A stretch of 4,528 bases of DNA, taken from IMG/VR virus record IMGVR_UViG_2734482537_000011; one strand, written 5' to 3'. The notes under the pieces were generated by a model. That model did not search any database. It worked only from the letters and a program-made list of their open reading frames with translations, and was not told where the DNA came from. The position numbers were made by a program, and so were the translations under genes. This document shows, piece by piece, positions 1 through 4,528 of this stretch. Positions within the stretch are counted from its first letter, which is position 1, and every line of letters begins with the position of its first letter. Source of the DNA: a virus (Duplodnaviria > Heunggongvirae > Uroviricota > Caudoviricetes).

Positions 1-41
1 GCTTTGAACTCTTTAGAGTAACGTTGGGTTTTTCTGCTCAT
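1..41 (-). CDS. IS3-family transposase OrfA, 5' end only (MSRKTQRYSKEFK...), runs off the window
   Basis: Reverse complement of 1-41 translates as M S R K T Q R Y S K E F K from an ATG with a well-spaced AGGAG Shine-Dalgarno. The N-terminal pattern is characteristic of IS3-family OrfA helix-turn-helix proteins. Confidence 0.55.
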   Translation of the reverse strand, partial: MSRKTQRYSKEFK

Positions 42-105
42 TATTAGCTCCTTCTGATGCCATTCTATTTCAGGAAGGAGTGTCCGTTAAACTCAGGCTA
101 CCTCA
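1..105 (-). mobile_element. Terminal ~105 bp of an IS3-family insertion sequence (end plus start of OrfA); the element continues past the window start. Boundary at 105 is approximate.
   Basis: Minus-strand ATG at 41 preceded by AGGAG (48-52, 6-nt spacer) opens an ORF reading MSRKTQRYSKEFK..., matching the IS3-family OrfA N-terminal pattern (M-x-K/R...YS-x-EFK). Reading the minus strand from position 105 gives 5'-TGAGGTAGCCTGAGTTTAACGGACAC..., which starts with the 5'-TG typical of IS3-family termini. The ATG lies about 64 bp inside this putative end, a typical IS3 spacing. Confidence 0.45.
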
Positions 106-160
106 GGTTATTCGCTTCTGGGCATGGGCGGATCAACAAATGATAGACGGTAATGCAGAT

Positions 161-181
161 TGTAACGCTCGCGGCGTTACA
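161..181. repeat. Perfect inverted repeat TGTAACGC-N5-GCGTTACA
   Basis: Read directly: tgtaacgc tcgcg gcgttaca. The same octamer core recurs at 371-389 and 405-412. Confidence 0.6.
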
Positions 182-370
182 AAAAGTGCAATAGATCGCA
201 TCACTTTTATGTCTGGTTTTGCTGATGCGTTAATTCAGGTTGGATGGCTGGTCGAAAATGACGGAGGGCTTTCTCTACCTAACTTTGAACGTCATAACGG
301 AAAAAGCTCTAAAAAAAACGGGCGGTTACAAACGAGCGAGTAACAAAAATACGCGAACTGAAACGAAAAG

Positions 371-412
371 GTAACGCTGCCAGCGTTACACAAACGGATC
401 AAAAAGCGTTAC
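371..412. promoter_or_regulatory. Candidate origin iterons: palindrome GTAACGCTG-C-CAGCGTTAC (371-389) plus half-site AGCGTTAC (405-412), inside the linker region of the O-like gene
   Basis: Perfect 9-bp arms with a 1-nt spacer, then another copy of the half-site 16 bp downstream, followed by a GAGGAA repeat and an A-rich stretch. In lambda the origin (iterons plus AT-rich region) lies inside the O gene. Confidence 0.35.
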
Positions 413-414
413 CA

Positions 415-432
415 GAGGAAGAGGAAGAGGAA
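415..432 (+). repeat. (GAGGAA)x3 tandem hexamer, encodes Glu6 in frame 1
   Basis: Read directly: gaggaa gaggaa gaggaa. Confidence 0.9.
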
Positions 433-788
433 GATCTAAATACTGATCTCCCCCTCGCCAAAAACGAGCGTCTAAAAAATTCGAGCCGGAGGCTATTGAG
501 CTGCCCGATTGGTTGCCGGAAACACTCTGGCATGAGTGGGTCCGGTTCAGACAGGCATTGCGAAAACCGATTCGAACGGAGCAGGGCGCTAACGGGGCGA
601 TACGGGAACTGGAAAAATTCCGTCAGCAGGGTTTTACACCTGAGCAGGTGATTCGACACAGCATCGCCAATGAATACCAGGGCCTGTTCGCGCCGAAAGG
701 TGTTCGGCCTGAGACGTTGCTCCGACAGGTTAACACCGTCTCGTTGCCGGACAGTGCGATCCCGCCAGGCTTCAGGGGGTAACGGACC

Positions 789-1219
789 ATGAAAAATATT
801 GCGACAGGCGGCGTTCTGGAACGCATCCGCCGACTGACCCCGCCACATGTAACCGCCCCATTCAGAACGGTAGCGGAGTGGCGCGAGTGGCAACTTGCTG
901 AAGGCCAGAAACGTAGCGAGGAGATCAACCGCCTGAATCGCCAGTTGCGGGTGGAAAAAATTCTGAATCGCTCAGGCATCCAGCCGTTGCACCGTAAATG
1001 CTCGTTTGCGAATTACCAGGTGCAGAACGACGGCCAGCGATACGCGTTAAGCCAGGCGAAATCCATCGCCGATGAACTGATGACCGGGTGTACAAATTTT
1101 GCGTTCAGCGGAAAACCTGGTACCGGGAAGAATCACTTAGCGGCAGCTATCGGGAATCGCCTGCTGAAAGACGGTCAGACAGTGATTGTGGTTACCGTGG
1201 CTGATGTTATGAGCGCCCT
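789..1219 (+). CDS. DnaC-like AAA+ helicase loader (prophage P/DnaC paralogue), N-terminal ~143 codons; 3' end lost in the N-run
   Basis: Translation contains FSGKPGTGKNHLAAAIGNRLLKDGQTVIVVTVADVMSA, a Walker A P-loop and flanking sequence closely matching E. coli DnaC as recalled (FSGKPGTGKNHLAAAICNELL..VADIMSA). The preceding ..RSGIQPLHRKCSFANYQV.. also parallels DnaC. ATG 789 follows SD AGGGGG (774-779). Confidence 0.85.
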
Positions 1220-1469
1220 NNNNNNNNNNNNNNNNNNNNNNNNNNNNNNNNNNNNNNNNNNNNNNNNNNNNNNNNNNNNNNNNNNNNNNNNNNNNNNNNN
1301 NNNNNNNNNNNNNNNNNNNNNNNNNNNNNNNNNNNNNNNNNNNNNNNNNNNNNNNNNNNNNNNNNNNNNNNNNNNNNNNNNNNNNNNNNNNNNNNNNNNN
1401 NNNNNNNNNNNNNNNNNNNNNNNNNNNNNNNNNNNNNNNNNNNNNNNNNNNNNNNNNNNNNNNNNNNNN
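1220..1469. other. Run of 250 N (assembly gap or masked sequence)
   Basis: Contiguous n characters at 1220-1469. The single ORF 789..1589 in the track is an artefact of translating N as X. Confidence 1.
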
Positions 1470-1485
1470 AGTTTCAGGAGGATTT

Positions 1486-1908
1486 ATGGCGAAACCTTTT
1501 ACTCCCGAACAGCGGGAAGAACTGAAGACGCGAATTGTGGAACTCGTGCATCAGGACGGTCGGGTCACGATTCGGCAGTTGTCAGATGAAACAGGTATCA
1601 GTCGTGCGTCTGTCGGTCGCTTATGCATAGAACTGGTCGCAAGTGGTGATGTATATAATTCTGGCTACGGCTTATTCCCGTCTGAACAGGCTCGCAAGGA
1701 CTGGCAAAGCGCCCGCAAAAAACTCTCGAGAGTAAAGGTGAGGAAACCGGTTGTTGTTGATCCGGACCTTATCTGGTCATTACCTGACGGAGAAATACGC
1801 CGCTACGACAGGCGCCTGAATATAATCTGTCGCGAGTGCCGGAAGAGCGAAGCTATGCAGCGTGTACTGGCTTTCTATCAGGGTAATTTTCAGGAGGCGA
1901 TACTGTGA
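1486..1908 (+). CDS. ren: Ren-like winged-helix protein (lambda Ren / Rex-exclusion-resistance family), 140 aa
   Basis: ATG 1486 with AGGAGG at 1476-1481. It sits immediately downstream of the helicase-loader gene, as ren sits after P in lambda. The C-terminus ..NIICRECRKSEAMQRVLAFYQG resembles the lambda Ren C-terminus as I recall it (..NLVFKECRQSAAMKRVLAVYGV), and the N-terminal TIRQLSDETGISRASVGRLCIELVASG looks like a winged HTH. Similarity is from memory and needs an alignment. Confidence 0.5.
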   Translation: MAKPFTPEQREELKTRIVELVHQDGRVTIRQLSDETGISRASVGRLCIELVASGDVYNSGYGLFPSEQARKDWQSARKKLSRVKVRKPVVVDPDLIWSLPDGEIRRYDRRLNIICRECRKSEAMQRVLAFYQGNFQEAIL

Positions 1909-1965
1909 ATGAAATTAGCTATCAGGCTTCAATTACCGCTGGCATTCGCATCAAAGGAGAGGAGC

Positions 1966-2322
1966 ATGGAAATAAAACCAGAAGATGAGTTAAGCAATAT
2001 CGTTTTATTTCCGGTAAAAGAGGATGACCCTCGTAATCAGGTTAATTTTCTTTATGAGCCATCGGAAAGACCATATTGCCATCACGCCTCTGTACGGGTT
2101 GACGAAAAAGAGCGTCAGGTCCGCTGTAAAATCTGCGGTGCGGTTGTGGAGCCGTTTGACTGGATGCTCTCTGTGGCAAAAAGAGAAACCAGACTGGCAG
2201 ATGATGTAAGGCTATTGCGCCAGGAGGAACAGGAAAGGCGGAGAAATATAGAAAAGCTGATACAGATTGAGCGTAACGCGAAAGCGCGGATACGCAGGGC
2301 GACAAAATCCAGAACTGAATAA
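1966..2322 (+). CDS. Hypothetical protein with a zinc-ribbon-like motif and a C-terminal charged coiled-coil-like segment (118 aa from ATG 1966; 137 aa if ATG 1909)
   Basis: Open frame 1909-2322. ATG 1966 has AAGGAG at 1954-1959 with a 6-nt spacer; ATG 1909 abuts the upstream stop and has no SD. Contains YCHHASVRVDEKERQVRCKICGAV (C-H-H ... C-x-x-C) followed by the basic/acidic stretch LLRQEEQERRRNIEKLIQIERNAKARIRR. No family recognised. Confidence 0.5.
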   Translation: MEIKPEDELSNIVLFPVKEDDPRNQVNFLYEPSERPYCHHASVRVDEKERQVRCKICGAVVEPFDWMLSVAKRETRLADDVRLLRQEEQERRRNIEKLIQIERNAKARIRRATKSRTE

Positions 2323-2469
2323 TTAAATTTAGCACTGTTAAAAATTTAATCCTTAACCGGAGGGATTTCTGCACCCTCAAATCATCAGGAGACCACCCGA
2401 AAGGGCGGGGAGCAGTCACACATCTGTTTCCGATAGCCCCGTTCTAATGCTACACTCTTTGATATTTTT

Positions 2470-3156
2470 ATGACCCCAATAAACATATTTATGACAGTTG
2501 CTGATTTCAAACGGCCCAAATTGGAGCTCCCAAACGGGGCAAACAAACTACTACTGCACTCTTGCTGTGCTCCATGTTCCGGTGAGGTGATGGAGGCGCT
2601 TCAGGCCTCGGGAATCGACTACACCATCTTTTTCTACAACCCGAACATTCATCCTCAGAAAGAGTATTTAATTCGTAAGGATGAGAATATTCGCTTTGCT
2701 GAACAACACGGCGTGCCGTTTATTGATGCTGATTACGACACAGACAACTGGTTTGAACGAGCCAAAGGAATGGAATGGGAGCCCGAACGAGGGATCCGTT
2801 GCACCATGTGTTTTGACATGCGTTTTGAGCGGACAGCGCTGTACGCCGCTGAAAATGGTTTCAGTGTGATCAGCAGTTCACTGGGCATTTCACGCTGGAA
2901 AAATATGCAGCAGGTTAACGACTGTGGGCGGCGAGCCGTCGCGCATTATCCGGGCATGGTGTACTGGGATTATAACTGGCGCAAGCAGGGCGGCTCGTCC
3001 CGTATGATTGAAATCAGCAAGCGCGAAAAATTCTATCAGCAGGAATATTGTGGCTGTGTGTATTCTCTGCGCGATACCAATCTACACCGCAAATCTCAGG
3101 GACGCCCTCTTATCAAAATTGGTCAACTCCACTACGGTAAAGAAGAGAAGGAGTGA
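2470..3156 (+). CDS. queH: Epoxyqueuosine reductase QueH homologue (DUF208); alternative start at ATG 2491
   Basis: N-terminal [11 protein letters not shown] is the hallmark cysteine motif of DUF208/QueH; further Cys pairs at RCTMC and YCGC fit Fe-S cluster ligands. Neither ATG 2470 nor 2491 has an obvious Shine-Dalgarno, so the start is uncertain. Confidence 0.8.
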   Translation: MTPINIFMTVADFKRPKLELPNGANKLLLHSCCAPCSGEVMEALQASGIDYTIFFYNPNIHPQKEYLIRKDENIRFAEQHGVPFIDADYDTDNWFERAKGMEWEPERGIRCTMCFDMRFERTALYAAENGFSVISSSLGISRWKNMQQVNDCGRRAVAHYPGMVYWDYNWRKQGGSSRMIEISKREKFYQQEYCGCVYSLRDTNLHRKSQGRPLIKIGQLHYGKEEKE

Positions 3157-3175
3157 TTTTATGGGGCACCTTTCT

Positions 3176-3205
3176 GATTGATTTCATATTGGCGAGGTAA
3201 GTAGA
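3176..3205 (+). promoter_or_regulatory. Candidate sigma70 promoter of the hok/mok mRNA (-35 TTGATT, 18-bp spacer, -10 TAGAAT)
   Basis: TTGATT at 3176-3181 and TAGAAT at 3200-3205. The predicted start near 3212 precedes GCGGGTGCTTGAGGCTATCTGC, which resembles the 5' end of plasmid R1 hok mRNA as recalled (GGCGCUUGAGGCUUUCUGCC). Confidence 0.35.
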
Positions 3206-3269
3206 ATGACTGCGGGTGCTTGAGGCTATCTGCTTCAGGCATGAACACCAAAAGGCAGATAGAGAAAAG

Positions 3270-3335
3270 CCCCAGTTAACATTACGCGTCCGGCAAGACG
3301 CTTAACATTAATCTGAGGCCAATTTCATGCTTTGC
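3270..3335 (-). ncRNA. sok: Sok-like antisense RNA (coordinates approximate; promoter on the - strand at about 3342-3370)
   Basis: On the minus strand: -35 TTGCCT (+ strand 3365-3370), 17-bp spacer, -10 TAACCT (+ strand 3342-3347), placed as in R1 hok/sok where the Sok promoter lies inside the mok start region. The element TAAGAGGCTA (+ strand TAGCCTCTTA, 3346-3355) appears conserved with R1 as recalled. The 3' end was not identified. Confidence 0.35.
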
Positions 3336-3539
3336 ACATGTAGGTTAGCCTCTTACATGCCGAAAGGCAAGGAGAAGCAGGCTATGAAGCAGCAAAAGGC
3401 GATGTTAATCGCCCTGATCGTCATCTGTTTAACCGTCATAGTGACGGCACTGGTAACGAGGAAAGACCTCTGTGAGGTACGAATCCGAACCGGCCAGACG
3501 GAGGTCGCTGTCTTCGTAGACTACGAATCCAGGAAGTAA
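3327..3539 (+). CDS. mok: Mok-like reading frame (N-terminally extended, in frame with hok), 70 aa
   Basis: ATG 3327 in frame with hok gives MLCTCRLASYMPKGKEKQA-MKQQK.., parallel to E. coli MokC (MLNTCR...KEKRA-MKQHK..) as recalled. Confidence 0.5.
   Translation: MLCTCRLASYMPKGKEKQAMKQQKAMLIALIVICLTVIVTALVTRKDLCEVRIRTGQTEVAVFVDYESRK
3384..3539 (+). CDS. hok: Hok/Gef family type I toxin, 51 aa
   Basis: MKQQKAMLIALIVICLTVIVTALVTRKDLCEVRIRTGQTEVAVFVDYESRK is near-identical over most of its length to E. coli HokD/HokC as recalled, including the transmembrane segment and conserved Cys. AGGAG at 3370-3374 lies 9 nt upstream of ATG 3384. Confidence 0.88.
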   Translation: MKQQKAMLIALIVICLTVIVTALVTRKDLCEVRIRTGQTEVAVFVDYESRK

Positions 3540-3616
3540 GAGTGACCGGGCGGGGAGCTGATCCCATCCCCGCCCACCTCTGATGTGTCAGGCATCCTCA
3601 ACGCACCCGCACTTAA

Positions 3617-3659
3617 CCCGCCCATCGCTGTGATCTCTCAGCGTTTCGGCGGGTTTTTT
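3617..3659 (+). terminator. Rho-independent terminator of the hok mRNA
   Basis: CCCGCC (3617-3622) pairs with GGCGGG (3648-3653), with an inner CGCTG/CAGCG stem, followed by TTTTTT (3654-3659) and further T-rich sequence. Confidence 0.6.
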
Positions 3660-3679
3660 GTTGTTTATTTCCGGTGAAT

Positions 3680-3707
3680 TTGATTCGCGCACCTTCGCAG
3701 ATAGAAT
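3680..3707 (+). promoter_or_regulatory. Candidate sigma70 promoter (-35 TTGATT, 16-bp spacer, -10 TAGAAT) upstream of the 95-aa ORF
   Basis: TTGATT at 3680-3685 and TAGAAT at 3702-3707, located just after the hok terminator and about 80 bp before ATG 3789. Same hexamers as the hok promoter candidate. Confidence 0.3.
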
Positions 3708-3788
3708 CGACTCACTTAAGTAGCGCGCAGGGAGAAGAGGGATGGACCCCGAACAGGGGAGAGCTATTTATCTGGAAGGATTCTGAAG

Positions 3789-4076
3789 ATGAAAATCGAA
3801 GAATTGCGTGAAATTTTTAGTGAAAATGGCCTCTATGCTGTGCGCGTTGAGAATGGAGCGATTGTCAGCCATTGCCGCATTAGATGTTTGCAATCTCAAC
3901 AAAGGAAGAGCGGTGCTGTGTTATTTTATTTTTGTAATGGACTTCTGACGGACGGTTTTATTTTGCGTGAGGACGAATTTGTCACATCATTACGGGTTTT
4001 GAAAGAGATTGGTTTTAAGGCTGGTTTTCTGCTTTTGCTGAAGAATAAACTCATCTACAATCTTGAGCAGGATTGA
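3789..4076 (+). CDS. Hypothetical protein, 95 aa, AT-rich orphan gene
   Basis: ATG 3789 with GGAAGGA at 3776-3782. Intact ORF with no recognisable motif. Composition is visibly more AT-rich than the flanking genes, with several T-runs. Confidence 0.45.
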   Translation: MKIEELREIFSENGLYAVRVENGAIVSHCRIRCLQSQQRKSGAVLFYFCNGLLTDGFILREDEFVTSLRVLKEIGFKAGFLLLLKNKLIYNLEQD

Positions 4077-4114
4077 ACTCCTGCTGTGTAACACCGTGCC
4101 ACCGGAGAAAGCCG

Positions 4115-4468
4115 ATGGCACATATACAACTGGTCAAACAAACCTCTTCCGGATTACTTCTCCCGGCGACGCCGGAGAGTTGCGATTTTCTGCATCAAAT
4201 CAAAATAGGTGAGTGGATACACGCAGACTTTAAGCGTGTGTGTAACTACGCATTCCACAAGCGTTTTTTCAAACTCCTGCAACTGGGTTTCGATTACTGG
4301 ACTCCGGTCGGTGGGGCGATCACGCCTCGCGAACGAAAACTGGTGTCCGGTTTCGTTGATTACCTGTGTGAATCAGTAGGCCGGGAACATACGCCAGCTC
4401 TGAGCGAAGCCGCAGAGCAATTGAGGTGTACTGGCAATAGCGGACACTACCATTTGTTCTTTTTTTAA
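4115..4468 (+). CDS. DUF1367-like lambdoid nin-region protein (start ATG 4115, not the TTG at 4073); possibly truncated or frameshifted at its 3' end
   Basis: GGAG at 4104-4107 lies 7 nt upstream of ATG 4115 (MAHIQLVKQTSSGLLLPATPE..). The segment FHKRFFKLLQLGFDYWTPVGGAITPRERKL matches my recollection of the conserved core of DUF1367 phage proteins. The ORF ends at a T7 tract while frame 1 stays open to the window end. Confidence 0.5.
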   Translation: MAHIQLVKQTSSGLLLPATPESCDFLHQIKIGEWIHADFKRVCNYAFHKRFFKLLQLGFDYWTPVGGAITPRERKLVSGFVDYLCESVGREHTPALSEAAEQLRCTGNSGHYHLFFF

Positions 4469-4528
4469 GCAGCCATCTGATGATATTTTTCCCTGAAGGC
4501 TGCCGGGGAGATATTCCCCAGACGAGAG

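Larger units (their letters stand above)
106..782 (+). pseudogene. Lambda O-like replication initiator, 5'-truncated by the IS and frame-disrupted (or affected by homopolymer sequencing errors)
   Basis: Three consecutive reading frames carry protein-like sequence: frame 2 to the stop at 341-343 (..AIDRITFMSGFADALIQVGWLVENDGGLSLPNFERHNGKSSKK), frame 1 open 313-648 (KKRAVTNERVTKIRELKRKGNAASVTQTDQKALPEEEEEEDLNTDLP..), frame 3 open 447-782 (..PRQKRAKKFEPEAIELPDWLPETLWHEWVRFRQALRKPIRTEQGANGAIRELEKFRQQGF..). The frame-3 segment has no ATG in about 110 codons, so it is a C-terminal continuation, not a separate gene. Frame changes coincide with an A8 tract (311-318) and a C5/A5 region (450-465). The stop at 780-782 sits 6 nt before the DnaC-like ATG with AGGGGG at 774-779, suggesting translational coupling. 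From memory, the GGxxxxNF..NGKSxKK segment resembles the lambda O N-terminal domain. Confidence 0.5.

Noticed and set aside
80-343. Intact 87-aa gene starting at GTG 80
   Set aside because: Positions 80-105 lie in the putative IS terminus and the AGGAAGGAG abuts the GTG with no spacer. The region from 106 is better read as the 5'-truncated O-like gene.
399-893. Minus-strand ORF of 164 aa
   Set aside because: Antisense to the O-like and DnaC-like coding sequence, Ser/Arg/Pro-rich low-complexity translation, no RBS; typical shadow ORF.
623-979. Minus-strand ORF of 118 aa
   Set aside because: Antisense to well-supported + strand genes, Arg/Ser/Cys-rich translation, no recognisable motif.
789-1589. 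Single 266-aa ORF spanning the N-run
   Set aside because: Artefact of translating 250 N as X. The tail after the gap (SFRRIYGETFYSRTAGR..) is out-of-frame read-through of the ren-like gene; only 789-1219 is supported.
2024-2209. + strand 61-aa ORF
   Set aside because: Nested out of frame inside the better-supported zinc-ribbon ORF; no RBS.
2360-2378. GAGGG-N9-CCCTC hairpin as a terminator of the zinc-ribbon gene
   Set aside because: No downstream U-tract; cannot be called an intrinsic terminator from sequence.
2042-2419. Minus-strand ORF of 125 aa
   Set aside because: Antisense shadow of the zinc-ribbon gene and the queH upstream spacer; translation not protein-like.
2681-2869. + strand 62-aa ORF
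   Set aside because: Nested out of frame inside queH, whose frame carries the conserved motifs.
4073-4114. TTG start at 4073 for the DUF1367-like ORF
   Set aside because: ATG 4115 has a properly spaced GGAG, and the 14 upstream codons (LNSCCVTPCHRRKP) look non-native and overlap the preceding gene's stop.
1-4528. CRISPR arrays, tRNA or rRNA genes
   Set aside because: No direct-repeat/spacer periodicity and no tRNA-like or rRNA-like sequence noticed anywhere in the window.

Overview
This window reads as the replication-to-nin segment of an enterobacterial lambdoid prophage, all on the + strand, with several accessory ('moron') genes. Every call rests on reading the sequence and on motifs recalled from memory; no searches were run. 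Left to right: (1) the terminal ~105 bp of an IS3-family insertion sequence on the - strand; (2) a lambda O-like replication initiator gene that this IS truncates and that changes frame twice at homopolymer tracts; (3) a DnaC-like helicase loader whose 3' end is lost in a 250-N run (1220-1469); (4) a Ren-like winged-helix protein; (5) an uncharacterised zinc-ribbon/coiled-coil protein; (6) a QueH (DUF208) epoxyqueuosine reductase homologue, the most interesting cargo; (7) a hok/mok/sok type I toxin-antitoxin locus with promoter, antisense-RNA promoter, 5'-3' complementary ends and terminator all recognisable; (8) an AT-rich orphan 95-aa gene with its own promoter; (9) a DUF1367-like protein ending at a T7 tract. 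No tRNA, rRNA or CRISPR array was seen. The strongest candidates for something undescribed are the zinc-ribbon protein next to queH and the AT-rich orphan gene, but neither can be assigned a function from sequence alone.
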